From assembly GCA_035527715.1 (NCBI GenBank), contig DATKZY010000096.1:4350-68349 (forward strand): DNA of 64,000 bases, read 5' to 3'. Position 1 is the first letter of the stretch. The number at the start of each line of letters is the position of its first letter. The translations under genes were made by a program, and so were the position numbers. Shown piece by piece: positions 8,292 through 18,797 of the stretch. The notes under the pieces were generated by a model. The model did not search any database, had not been told where the DNA came from, and was given only the letters and a program-made list of their open reading frames with translations. This DNA is from Planctomycetota bacterium (lineage in GTDB: Bacteria > Planctomycetota > PUPC01 > DSUN01).

Positions 8292-10319
8292 GTGAGCGAC
8301 GAGCAACCCAACCCGAACCCCTCCCACCTTGTCGTTGACAAGGAACTGGAGGAATACCGGAACCTCGTGGAGACGCCCACGAGCTTCGGCTCGGGGTTCA
8401 CGTGGACCTCGGTGTTCGGCGCGCTGTTCTGCGGCCTGCTGATGTTCCCGGGCGCGATCTACCTGGGGCTGCTGTCGGGCATGGGGATGAACGCCGCGGC
8501 CACGTGGGTGACGGTGATCGTGTTCTCCGAGCTGGCGCGGCGGGCGCTGCGGGCGATGACGCGGGAGGAGATGGTCATCCTGCTGATGGTGGCGAGCGCG
8601 ATGATCGGCGGCAGCGCGCTCATCCCCGGCGGGCCGTTCGGCCAGCTCATCTGGCGGCAGTTCCTTGTCACGTCCGACGCGGCGCGGGACGCCGGGCTCT
8701 ACGGCCGTTTCCCGTCGTGGTTCGCCCCCGCGCCCGATTCGCCGGCGCTGGTGGACCGCACGTTCCTGCACTCCGACTGGGCCGTGCCCATCGCCCTGCT
8801 GGTGTTCATGACCGTCATCGGCTTTGTGAAGCAGTTCACGCTCGGCTACGCGCTGTTCCGCCTGTGCTCGGACGTCGAGAAGCTGCCCTTTCCGATGGCG
8901 CCCGTGGGCGCGCAAGGCGTCACGGCCCTCTGCGAGGGCGAGAAGGGCGAGCGCACGTGGCGCTGGACGACTTTCTCGCTGGGCGCCATGCTCGGCGTGG
9001 CCTTCGGCATCGTCCAGGTCGGCGTGCCCGCCGTGTCCAGCGCCTTCCTCGAGAAGCCGATCCTCATCCTGCCCATTCCGTGGTTCGACCTCACGCGGGT
9101 CACCGAGAGCATCCTGCCCGCGACGCCGACCGGGATCATCGTGGACATCGGGCTGATCCTGGTGGGCTTCGTCATCCCGTTCTGGGCCGTCGTCGGCTCG
9201 GCGCTCTCGGTGGGCATGACCTTCGTGCTCAACCCCATCCTCTACCGCGTCGGCGTGCTGGCCTCGTGGAAGCCGGGGATGGACACGATCAACACGCAGA
9301 TCTGCAACTCGATTGATTTCTATTTCAGCGCGGGGATCGGCATGGCGCTGGGCGTGGCGGCGGTGAGCGTGTTCCAGACGGTGCGCCAGCTCCGCAAGTC
9401 GCTGCGGGAGCTGCGGGCGCGGCGGCGGGAGGGCGGGGGCGGCTCGCTCTGGGCGACGCCGCCTGGGCGTGGCGACTGGTCGCTGAAGCTGTGCCTCGCC
9501 GGCTACGCCCTGGCGGCGGGGGCGGTGGTGGTCGCCTGCAAGCTCCTCGTGCCCGGCTTCCCGGTGTTCTTCCTCATCCTGTTCGCTTTCGTCTACACGC
9601 CGCTGACGTCGTACCTGAACGCGCGGATCTCGGGCATCGCGGGGCTGCACATAGACATCCCATTCGTCCGCGAGGCATTCATCCTCCTCTCGGGCGCGCG
9701 CGGCGTGGACCCCTGGATCGCGCCGATCCCCATCGAGAACTACGGCGGCATGGCCCAGAGCCTCCGCACCCTCGAGCTGACCGGCACGAAGCTGACCGGC
9801 CAGGTGAAGGCCTGGCTGCTCACGACCCCGCTCATCTTCGTCCTGTCGTTCGTGTTCTGGAGCTTCCTGTGGAAGGACGCGCCGATCCCCTCCGACCTCT
9901 ATCCCTACGCGCAGAAGATGTGGGACCTCAATGCCAAGAGCACGATGATCCTCTGGACGGCCACGACGGGCGAGCCGGGCACGGTGACGCTCTTCGAGCG
10001 GTCGTTCCATCCCGAGTTTCTGGGGGCAGGTTTCGGCTTCTCGGTGCTGCTCTTCACGGTGCTCTCGACGTTCGGGCTGCCGACGATGCTGGTCTACGGC
10101 CTCGCGCGGGGCTTGGGCGCGATGCCGCACGGGCTGTTGCTGGAGTTGACGGGCGCCCTCCTCGCGCGCTTCTATCTCCACAAGCGGTTCGGCCGCAAGC
10201 CGTTCCTGCTCGCCGCCCCGATTCTGCTGGCGGGCTACCTGGTGGGCACCGGCCTCATTGGCATGGCCGGCGTTGCCATTCGCCTGATCACCTCGGCCAT
10301 CTCGATGGCCCCGTTCTGA
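8292..10319 (+). CDS. Polytopic integral membrane protein C (unknown function), paralogue of protein A
   Basis: GTG start at 8292 (MSDEQPNPNPSHLVVDKELEEY). At least 12 predicted TM helices. The N-terminal and C-terminal regions both align with protein A. Confidence 0.7.
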   Translation: MSDEQPNPNPSHLVVDKELEEYRNLVETPTSFGSGFTWTSVFGALFCGLLMFPGAIYLGLLSGMGMNAAATWVTVIVFSELARRALRAMTREEMVILLMVASAMIGGSALIPGGPFGQLIWRQFLVTSDAARDAGLYGRFPSWFAPAPDSPALVDRTFLHSDWAVPIALLVFMTVIGFVKQFTLGYALFRLCSDVEKLPFPMAPVGAQGVTALCEGEKGERTWRWTTFSLGAMLGVAFGIVQVGVPAVSSAFLEKPILILPIPWFDLTRVTESILPATPTGIIVDIGLILVGFVIPFWAVVGSALSVGMTFVLNPILYRVGVLASWKPGMDTINTQICNSIDFYFSAGIGMALGVAAVSVFQTVRQLRKSLRELRARRREGGGGSLWATPPGRGDWSLKLCLAGYALAAGAVVVACKLLVPGFPVFFLILFAFVYTPLTSYLNARISGIAGLHIDIPFVREAFILLSGARGVDPWIAPIPIENYGGMAQSLRTLELTGTKLTGQVKAWLLTTPLIFVLSFVFWSFLWKDAPIPSDLYPYAQKMWDLNAKSTMILWTATTGEPGTVTLFERSFHPEFLGAGFGFSVLLFTVLSTFGLPTMLVYGLARGLGAMPHGLLLELTGALLARFYLHKRFGRKPFLLAAPILLAGYLVGTGLIGMAGVAIRLITSAISMAPF

Positions 10320-10320
10320 G

Positions 10321-10443
10321 GAAGACAGGAGGAGGAATGATAGGGAACGCAGGAATGCAGGAAAGGAGAAGAGGCATGGGGACCGCGAAGCCAGTCGGCC
10401 TGGCCGCTCATCTTTCTTCTCCTGGTTTCCTGGCTTCCTTATA
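10321..10443. promoter_or_regulatory. Intergenic purine-rich / pyrimidine-rich complementary tract (potential long stem-loop)
   Basis: GGAAGACAGGAGGAGGAATGATAGGGAACGCAGGAATGCAGGAAAGGAGAAGAGG is followed by CTCATCTTTCTTCTCCTGGTTTCCTGGCTTCCTTATAGG. The two halves are broadly complementary. The tract lies between gene C and the FtsX gene. Confidence 0.35.
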
Positions 10444-10456
10444 GGATCTCTTGACG

Positions 10457-11467
10457 ATGCAGGAGCAGACCATCCTCTCAAGCGCCGACGTGCAGGACCA
10501 GGTGATCCTGCCCCTTCGGGTCGCCGTGGGCATGTGCCTGCGGGGCATTCGCACGCGGCTGGGGCGGTCGGCCATCACGCTGTTCGGCGTGGGGCTGGGC
10601 ATCGCGTTCCTGATGGCCGTGCTGTCGGGCTTCCACATTCAGCGGGCGATGACGGCCGAGGCAGCGAAGGCGCGCGACGTCGAGCGGCGCCTCGCCACGC
10701 TGCGGAGCGAGGTCGGCACGCTCAAGGGCAAGGCGTTCCTCGTGGCGGCACGCGAGCCGGGCGAGGCCGACTCGGCCTTCCTTCGCGCCCTCGCCGCGCA
10801 GGGCGCGGCCGTCCACGCGACCACGCTCGCCCAGCCGTCGGACGTCAGAGTCAGCGGCGCCCTGCTCCTGGGCAACTACGAGCCGCTGCTCGCGTCCGCC
10901 CCACCTGCCGTGCTCGCGGCGCAGCCGCTCTTCGCCTTCGGGAAGCCGACGCCAAAGGCAGCCGAGCGCGTGGCGGCAGCCAGCGGGCGGCTGCGGCATC
11001 TCGGCATCGAGCTGCGTCCCGAGGAAGTCGCCCAGGCGGCCCGCCGCGAGCGTCAGGCCACGTATCGCATGGCCTGGATCGTCGCGGTGTCGCTCCTCAT
11101 CACGGTCGGCTGCATCGCCAACGCGATGTTGATGTCGGTCACTGAGCGCTTCCGCGAGATCGGCACGATGAAGTGCCTGGGGGCGCTCTCCAGCTTCGTC
11201 GTCAAGCTCTTCCTCATCGAGAGTCTGCTGATGGGCCTGGTGGGCGCGGTGCTGGGCGTGCTGCTCGGCGTCGCCTTCCCGCTGCTGGCCTACGGCTACA
11301 CGTTTGGCGCGGCCAAGGTGTTCGTGGCCGTGGATTTCGCGACGCTCGGCCTCTACGCCCTGCTGTGCGTGGCGGCGGGGGTCGTGCTGGCCATTGTGGC
11401 GGCGATCTATCCCGCACGGGTCGCGGCGAAAATGGTGCCCGCCGCGGCCCTGGCGTCGCATGTCTGA
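10457..11467 (+). CDS. FtsX-family ABC transporter permease (second, conventional-size permease subunit)
   Basis: ATG at 10457 (MQEQTIL...); an in-frame TTG at 10451 is the alternative start. The N-terminal TM (RSAITLFGVGLGIAFLMAVLSG) and the C-terminal FtsX motif (FREIGTMKCLGALSSFVVKLFLIESLLMGLVGAVLGVLLG) are both present. Confidence 0.75.
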   Translation: MQEQTILSSADVQDQVILPLRVAVGMCLRGIRTRLGRSAITLFGVGLGIAFLMAVLSGFHIQRAMTAEAAKARDVERRLATLRSEVGTLKGKAFLVAAREPGEADSAFLRALAAQGAAVHATTLAQPSDVRVSGALLLGNYEPLLASAPPAVLAAQPLFAFGKPTPKAAERVAAASGRLRHLGIELRPEEVAQAARRERQATYRMAWIVAVSLLITVGCIANAMLMSVTERFREIGTMKCLGALSSFVVKLFLIESLLMGLVGAVLGVLLGVAFPLLAYGYTFGAAKVFVAVDFATLGLYALLCVAAGVVLAIVAAIYPARVAAKMVPAAALASHV

Positions 11468-11481
11468 TCTGGAAGCAATCT

Positions 11482-12261
<780 letters not shown>

Positions 12262-12264
<3 letters not shown>

Positions 12265-12345
12265 CTCGTGACGCGTGACGCGTGGTCGGAACGCAAGCTG
12301 GCTTGCTCTCTTCCTGTCACGCGTCACGGGTCACGCGTCACGATG
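12262..12345. repeat. Long hairpin of the GTGACGCGTGAC family between the two ABC ATPase genes
   Basis: Arms CGTGACGCGTGACGCGTGGTCGGAA and TTCCTGTCACGCGTCACGGGTCACGCGTCACG, with an inner small hairpin GCAAGCTGGCTTGC. It begins at the stop of ATPase 1. Confidence 0.6.
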
Positions 12346-12373
12346 CCTGAACCGAAGGGATTGGCTGGAGCAA

Positions 12374-13120
<747 letters not shown>

Positions 13121-13131
13121 CACGAGCGCGG

Positions 13132-13152
13132 AAAAGACACCCGCTGTCTTTT
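13132..13152 (+). terminator. Stem-loop AAAAGACAcccgcTGTCTTTT followed by a T-run (intrinsic terminator-like)
   Basis: Perfect 8-bp stem with a TTTTGCC tail, 12 bp after the stop of ATPase 2. Confidence 0.6.
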
Positions 13153-13181
13153 GCCGGAACGGCCCTGCGGGTGCTTCGCAC

Positions 13182-13202
13182 AAAAGACAGCGGGTGTCTT
13201 TT
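13182..13202. terminator. Second copy of the hairpin (CAAAAGACAgcgggTGTCTTTTCC), inverted relative to the first; the pair looks like a bidirectional terminator
   Basis: It is the reverse complement of the 13132-13152 hairpin arms, so the two together can also form a longer cruciform. Confidence 0.5.
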
Positions 13203-13271
13203 CCGCTTGCCTCTCTGTGGCGCGAATGTGCTACTCACAGTCCCTGCTCGCATCCGACACGAGCCGCGCGC

Positions 13272-13300
13272 TTGACCGCGGCGAACGGGATGCCTATGAT
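13272..13300 (+). promoter_or_regulatory. Sigma70-like promoter: TTGACC, 17-nt spacer, TATGAT
   Basis: Exact -35 TTGACC at 13272-13277 and -10 TATGAT at 13295-13300 with a 17-nt spacer, upstream of the GH32 gene. Confidence 0.6.
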
Positions 13301-13512
13301 GGCTCACCGAGGTCCCGCGAGCGCAGCGGTCCACGGGGCCAAACGTCCAGCCTGGCGGCTCCGAGCACCTGAGCTGGCACTGCTGGGACGTGACGGACCT
13401 CGCCGGCAGAGAGGCTGCGATCCAGGTCGCGGACAAGCGCACCGGCGGCTGGGGCCACATCAACGTGGACCACATCATTCAGAGCGACAGGAAACGCGAG
13501 GAGAAGCCTGCC

Positions 13513-15144
13513 ATGCGGGAACTCGTCGTCGAGAAACGCTACCTCCACCTGCCCGTGAAGAACGGCGCGGCCAAGCAGCGGATGAAGGTGTCGGTGGGTG
13601 ACAAGATCGTGGACGAGTTCGACATCGAGCTGGCCGACGGCGAGCCCGACTTCTGGGTGTTCCTCGACATGGCCCCCTACAAGGGCCAGAAGGCCACGAT
13701 TGATGTCGGCCGTCTGCCCGAGGAATCCAAGGGCCTCGCCGCCATCACCCAGGCCGACGACGTGCCCGACGCGGCGAACCTCTACAAGGAGAAGTACCGC
13801 CCGCAGTTCCACTTCTCGTCGCGCCGCGGCTGGAACAACGACCCGAACGGCCTCGTCTTCCATAAGGGCGAGTACCACCTCTTCTACCAGCACAACCCCT
13901 ACGGCTGGAACTGGGGCAACATGCACTGGGGCCACGCCGTCAGCAAGGACCTGGTGCACTGGACCGAGCTGCCCGTCGCCATCTACCCCTTCCGCTATGG
14001 CGACTGGGTCTACAGCGGCAGCGCCATCGTGGACAAGGAGAACGCGGCGGGGTGGAAGAAAGGCGACGAGGACGTGATCGTCGCCGCCTACACCAGCACC
14101 GGCCGCGGCGAGGCCATCGCTTACTCGCTCAACCGCGGCCGCACCTTCACCGACTACGAGGGCAACCCCGTCGTCAAGCACAGCGGCCGCGACCCCAAGC
14201 TCATCTGGTACGCGGGGTCACATCTTCATTTCGCACTTGGCGGCAAAGTGCCAAATGAAGATGTGACCCCCGGACACTGGGTCATGGCCGTCTACGACGA
14301 GCACGAGGGCAAGCGCTGGATCGCCTTCCACACCTCGCCGAACCTGAAGGACTGGACGTTCCAGAGCCGCACCGAGGGCTATTTCGAGTGCCCCGAAATC
14401 TTCGAGCTGCCGGTGGATGGCGACAAGTCGAAGACCCGCTGGGTCATCTACGCCGCCGACGGGGCCTACGCCGTCGGCTCGTTCGACGGGAAGACCTTCA
14501 CGCCCGACCACCAGGGCAAGCACCGCTTCAACTGGGGCAATTGCTTCTACGCCTCGCAGACCTTCAGCGACATCCCCCCTGAGGATGGCCGCCGCATCCA
14601 GATCGCCTGGGGCCGCATCGGCCACAAGGACATGCCCTTCAACCAGATGATGAACTTCCCCGTCGTCCTCACCCTGCGGACGACCGACGAAGGCGTCCGC
14701 ATGTTCGCCGAGCCGGTCAAGGAGATCGCGCTTCTGCACGCGAAGAAGCATTCGTGGAATGGGCTGACGCTGAAGGAGGGCGAGAACCCGCTCAAAGGCA
14801 TCGAGGGCGACCTGTTCCACATCGTCGCCGAGTTCGAGCCGGGCGACGCGGCGCAGGTCGGCTTCAGCCTCCGGGGCACCCCCGTGGCCTACGACGCCAA
14901 GGCCCAGCAACTCGATGCCAAGGGCTGCAAGGCCGCGCTGAAGCCCGAGGGCGGGAAGATTCGCCTGGAGATGCTCGTGGACCGCACGTCGGTCGAGGTC
15001 TTCGGCAATCGGGGGCGCGTCTACATGCCCGTGGGTGTCATCCCGCCCGAGGACAATCGCTCGATCGAGGTCTTCGCCCGAGGCGGCGCCGCGAAGATCG
15101 TCTCGCTCGAGGTCAACAAGTTGCGTTCCGCCTGGCAGAAATGA
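13513..15144 (+). CDS. Glycoside hydrolase family 32 (beta-fructofuranosidase / levanase-like) carrying an in-frame 57-bp palindromic insertion
   Basis: GH32 motifs are present: WNNDPNGLVFHKGEYHLFYQHNP (NDPNG catalytic block), WGHAVSKDLVHWTELPVA, the RDP block (GRDPKLIWY) and the EC block (YFECPEIFEL). The ATG at 13513 follows a GGAG-rich stretch. An in-frame GTG at 13390 would add 41 aa of protein-like sequence, so the start is uncertain. Confidence 0.75.
   Translation: MRELVVEKRYLHLPVKNGAAKQRMKVSVGDKIVDEFDIELADGEPDFWVFLDMAPYKGQKATIDVGRLPEESKGLAAITQADDVPDAANLYKEKYRPQFHFSSRRGWNNDPNGLVFHKGEYHLFYQHNPYGWNWGNMHWGHAVSKDLVHWTELPVAIYPFRYGDWVYSGSAIVDKENAAGWKKGDEDVIVAAYTSTGRGEAIAYSLNRGRTFTDYEGNPVVKHSGRDPKLIWYAGSHLHFALGGKVPNEDVTPGHWVMAVYDEHEGKRWIAFHTSPNLKDWTFQSRTEGYFECPEIFELPVDGDKSKTRWVIYAADGAYAVGSFDGKTFTPDHQGKHRFNWGNCFYASQTFSDIPPEDGRRIQIAWGRIGHKDMPFNQMMNFPVVLTLRTTDEGVRMFAEPVKEIALLHAKKHSWNGLTLKEGENPLKGIEGDLFHIVAEFEPGDAAQVGFSLRGTPVAYDAKAQQLDAKGCKAALKPEGGKIRLEMLVDRTSVEVFGNRGRVYMPVGVIPPEDNRSIEVFARGGAAKIVSLEVNKLRSAWQK
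14214..14270. mobile_element. 57-bp palindromic MITE-like element, copy 1, inserted in frame inside the GH32 gene
   Basis: GGGGTCACATCTTCATTTCGCACTTGGCGGCAAAGTGCCAAATGAAGATGTGACCCC is a near-perfect inverted repeat. At 57 bp it is exactly 19 codons and encodes AGSHLHFALGGKVPNEDVT, which splits the RDPKLIWY and PGHWVMAV blocks that are contiguous in GH32 enzymes. Confidence 0.75.
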
Positions 15145-15151
15145 GGGAGCC

Positions 15152-16465
15152 ATGACGATGAAGCGACGGGATTTCCTCAAGGCGACAGGTCTGGGCGTCG
15201 CGCTGCTGCCCGCGGGCCAGCAGCTCGCACGGGCGGGCGAGGCGCCGACGGCCGCCAGGCCCAACGTCGTCCTCATCATTTCGGACGACCAGGGCTTCGG
15301 CGACCACGGCTTCATGGGCCACGACGCCATCCAGACGCCGCGGCTGGACCGCCTGGCCTCCGGGAGCGTGGTCTTCACGCGCGGCTACGTGACGGCGCCG
15401 CTGTGCGGCCCGTCGCTCGCCACGCTGCTCACGGGGCTGTATCCCCATCAGCACCGCATCACGGGCAACGACCCCGGCGGGCGCGGCCCGCGCGCGCCGT
15501 TCTTCGAGGCATTCGAGAAATGCCCCCGGCTGCCCGAGATCCTAGGCCGCGCGGGCTACGCGAGCTTCCAGTCGGGCAAGTTCTGGATGGCGCACTACTC
15601 GCGTGCCGGCTTCACGGACGGCATGACGGTCAAAGGCCGCCACGGCGAGGCCGGCCTGAGCATCGGGCGCCAGACGATGAAGCCGGTCCTCGACTTCGTG
15701 GACAAGGCGAAGGCGGACGGCAAGCCGTTCTTCCTCTGGTACGCGCCCATGATGCCCCACCTGCCGCACAACCCCCCGCCCCGCCTGCTCGACAAGTACA
15801 AGGCGAAGACCGACAACCTGCCCCTGGCCAAGTACTGGGCGATGTGCGAGTGGTTCGACGAATCGTGCGGCCAGCTCCTCGACCACCTCGACCAGCAGGG
15901 CCTGCGCGAGAACACGCTCGTGGTCTACGTGTGCGACAACGGCTGGGTGCAGCCCGACCCCAAGCGGCCCGGGCACGGCGCCGGCCGCGGCAAGCTCACG
16001 CCCTACGATGGCGGCCTTCGCACCCCCATCATGCTCCGCTGGCCGGGCAGGCTCGCGCCGCGGATGGACCGCGAGCACCTCGCCAGCAGCCTCGACCTCG
16101 TGCCCACCATCCTCGCCGCCTGCGGCCTGAAGCCGCCCCCCGAGATGCCGGGCCTCAGCCTGCTGGACGAGAAGGCCGTCGGCGCGCGCGACGCGGTCTT
16201 CGCCGAGTACTACACTCACGACATGGCCGACGTCGCCGCCCCGGCCAAGAGCCTGCGGGCGCGCGTGTGCATCCAGGGCGACTGGAAGCTCATCCTCTGG
16301 CAAGGCCTGCAGCCCAAGGTCGGCAGGCCAGCCGCTGCGCCGCCGGCGAAGGCGGAGCTGTACCACCTGAAGGACGACCCCTTCGAGAAAGCGAACCTCG
16401 CAGAGAAGCACCCCGACAAGGTGGCCGCCCTCACGAAGCGCCTCGACGAATGGTGGCGCCCCTGA
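15152..16465 (+). CDS. Sulfatase-family (alkaline phosphatase superfamily) protein with a Tat signal and a non-canonical CGPSL active-site motif
   Basis: Twin-arginine signal MTMKRRDFLKATGLGVALLPAG. Sulfatase N-terminal block VVLIISDDQGFGDHGF and TAPLCGPSLATLLTG are present; the canonical motif is C-x-P-x-R, and here Arg is replaced by Leu. The start follows GAGGGAGCC, 7 bp after the GH32 stop. Confidence 0.8.
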   Translation: MTMKRRDFLKATGLGVALLPAGQQLARAGEAPTAARPNVVLIISDDQGFGDHGFMGHDAIQTPRLDRLASGSVVFTRGYVTAPLCGPSLATLLTGLYPHQHRITGNDPGGRGPRAPFFEAFEKCPRLPEILGRAGYASFQSGKFWMAHYSRAGFTDGMTVKGRHGEAGLSIGRQTMKPVLDFVDKAKADGKPFFLWYAPMMPHLPHNPPPRLLDKYKAKTDNLPLAKYWAMCEWFDESCGQLLDHLDQQGLRENTLVVYVCDNGWVQPDPKRPGHGAGRGKLTPYDGGLRTPIMLRWPGRLAPRMDREHLASSLDLVPTILAACGLKPPPEMPGLSLLDEKAVGARDAVFAEYYTHDMADVAAPAKSLRARVCIQGDWKLILWQGLQPKVGRPAAAPPAKAELYHLKDDPFEKANLAEKHPDKVAALTKRLDEWWRP

Positions 16466-16487
16466 TCCCGTAAGGACTCCACGGCCC

Positions 16488-18182
16488 ATGGCAGACTCGC
16501 GCGCCGCGTTTCGGAACCTGAAGCAGGATGCCGAGGTGCCTGTGCTCATCCTCGGCGGCGGCGTGAACGGCGCCGGCCTGTTCCGCGAGCTGGCGCTCCA
16601 GGGCGTCGAGTGCCTGCTGGTGGACAAGGCGGACTTCGTCGCGGGCGCCAGCTCGAAGTCGTCGCGGATGATCCACGGCGGCCTCCGCTACCTGGAGAGC
16701 CGCGAGTTCAAGCTCGTCCGCGAGTCGCTCCTCGAGCGCAACCGCCTGCTCGACAACGCGCCCCACTACGTCACGCCGCTGAAGACGACGATTCCCCTGT
16801 TCTCCTGGCTCGGCGGCGCGCTCCACTCCGTCCTGATCTTCCTCGGCTGCGACGTGCGGCCCGGCGGGCGCGGCGCGCTCCTGGTCAAGCTCGGCCTGTC
16901 CTTCTACGACTTCGTCACCCGCAAGAACCGCCGCACGCCCCGCCACTTCCTCACAGGCAGAGCGAAGTCCCTCCGCGAGCTGCCCGGCCTGAACCCCCAC
17001 ATCAAGGCCACCGCGACCTACTGGGACGCGCAGATTTCCGAGGCCGAGCGCCTGTGCATCGAGATGCTCCAGGACGCCTGCTCCGCCAACCCCGCCTGCC
17101 GCGCGCTCAACTACGTGCGGCCCGAGAAGGTCGAGGGCGGAGCCGTCGTCCTCCGCGACGAGGTGACGGGCGAGACCGCCACCGTACGGCCCCGCATCGT
17201 GGTGAACGCCACGGGGGCGTGGGTGGACCTCGCCAACGCGGCCCTCGGGCTGGCGACGCACTTCATGGGCGGCACCAAGGGCTCGCACCTGGTCGTGGAC
17301 TGCCCAGAGCTCCACAAGACGCTCGGCGACCGAATGGTCTACTACGAGCACAAGGACGGCCGCGTCTGCATCGCCTTCACTTTCATGGGCAAGGTGCTGA
17401 TGGGCTCGACCGACCTCCGCGTGGACGACCCCGACGCGGCGCACTGCGAGGAGGACGAGATCGCGTACATGCTGACGACCCTGCGGGGCGTGTTCCCAGG
17501 CATCGAGATTCGCCGCGAGCAGATCGCCTACGTCTTCTGCGGCGTCCGTCCCCTGCCCGCGAGCGGCAAGGGGGTCACGGCCATCATCAGCCGCGGCCAC
17601 AGCATCCGCGTCGTCGAGCCCGAGGGGGAGCGGCCCTTCCCCGTCTTCTGCCTCATCGGCGGCAAGTGGACGACGTTCCGCGCCTTCGCCGAGCAGGTCG
17701 CCGACCAGATTCTGCCCCGCCTGGGCGTCGAGCGCCGCTGCTCGACCCACGACCTCCCCATCGGTGGCGGGGGCAACTTTCCCGCTGATGGGCACGCGAA
17801 GGAGCAGTGGATCTCACGCCTCGCCGAGGAGTCGGGCGCGAGCCGCGAGCGCGTCGCCGCTCTCCTCGCACGCTACGGCACGGTCGCCGAGGCGTACCTG
17901 GCGAAGGCCGACGCCCGGGCCGAGAGCCCGCTGAAGTCCCTCCCCGACTACACCGTTGGCGAGATCGAGCGGATCGCCGCGACCGAGCAGGTCGTGCACC
18001 TGGCCGACCTCCTCTGCCGTCGCAGCACCATCGCCATCCGCGGCCTGGCCACTGCCCCCGTGCTCGGGGAACTGGCCGACATCGTCGGCTCGGTGCTCGG
18101 CTGGGCCCCCCCCCGTCGGCAGGCGGAGGTCGCCCTCGCGCTCGGCGAGATGGCGGTCCCCAAGCTCCCCCCGGCACGATGA
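16488..18182 (+). CDS. glpD: FAD-dependent glycerol-3-phosphate dehydrogenase (GlpD-like)
   Basis: GGGVNGAG FAD fold, SSKSSRMIHGGLRYLE, VVNATGAWV, KGSHLVV, FCGVRPL and LIGGKWTTFR all match conserved GlpD blocks. Confidence 0.85.
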   Translation: MADSRAAFRNLKQDAEVPVLILGGGVNGAGLFRELALQGVECLLVDKADFVAGASSKSSRMIHGGLRYLESREFKLVRESLLERNRLLDNAPHYVTPLKTTIPLFSWLGGALHSVLIFLGCDVRPGGRGALLVKLGLSFYDFVTRKNRRTPRHFLTGRAKSLRELPGLNPHIKATATYWDAQISEAERLCIEMLQDACSANPACRALNYVRPEKVEGGAVVLRDEVTGETATVRPRIVVNATGAWVDLANAALGLATHFMGGTKGSHLVVDCPELHKTLGDRMVYYEHKDGRVCIAFTFMGKVLMGSTDLRVDDPDAAHCEEDEIAYMLTTLRGVFPGIEIRREQIAYVFCGVRPLPASGKGVTAIISRGHSIRVVEPEGERPFPVFCLIGGKWTTFRAFAEQVADQILPRLGVERRCSTHDLPIGGGGNFPADGHAKEQWISRLAEESGASRERVAALLARYGTVAEAYLAKADARAESPLKSLPDYTVGEIERIAATEQVVHLADLLCRRSTIAIRGLATAPVLGELADIVGSVLGWAPPRRQAEVALALGEMAVPKLPPAR

Positions 18183-18623
18183 CTCCACCCCCCCGCTCAC
18201 CGCGACGCGTTTGGAGGCGATTTGGGGCCTCCGGCGCCGGCAAAGGGGCTTCGGGGCCGATTTCCACAAGCGTCCCGAGATACTACACTTACGCTCCCGG
18301 GAGCCCTCTCCCCGGGGCTCGAAGGTATCAGGAGCCCAGTGTCCCTCTCCGGACGCGTTGTACGCGTTCCTACGCAGTTTTCCGGAGCAAGGTTGTAAGC
18401 CATTGGCATGCAGATACTTAGCAGTGTCATATAACGGTACGCTCTTGGCTGTGCGGCATGTTGCCCAAATGGGATTGCTCGCCCTTCACGGCGCCACCAC
18501 GACTGGTTCACGCCAGACATTCGTCCCGGGGTCATTCTGAGCGAAGTGGCACGGAGCGAAGAATCTCGGCTCATCCGCCCCGAGCGATCATCCGCGCGGC
18601 TCTCGACCCGCGTCTCGCCCACC

Positions 18624-18662
18624 AGGCGCTCACGTGTGCGCTATGGGGGGTGAGCGCCTAGC
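18624..18662. repeat. Palindromic element copy 1: AGGCGCTCAC-gtgtgcgctatggggg-GTGAGCGCCTAGC
   Basis: 12-bp stem with a 16-nt loop, inside a roughly 1-kb lower-GC noncoding region. A near-identical copy lies at 18759-18797. Confidence 0.6.
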
Positions 18663-18758
18663 TGGGGGCGGCCGAGCAAGCGGCATGGCAGCCCTAAGAG
18701 CCTGATCTGCCAAAGGTTACAGCCAGTGGAGAGTCCCACACAGCTGGCTAGTTGCGCT

Positions 18759-18797
18759 AGGCGCTCACGTGTGCGCTATGGGGGGTGAGCGCCTAGC
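18759..18797. repeat. Palindromic element copy 2 (TAGGCGCTCACGTGTGCGCTATGGGGGGTGAGCGCCTAGC)
   Basis: Identical stem and loop to copy 1, 135 bp downstream. Confidence 0.6.
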
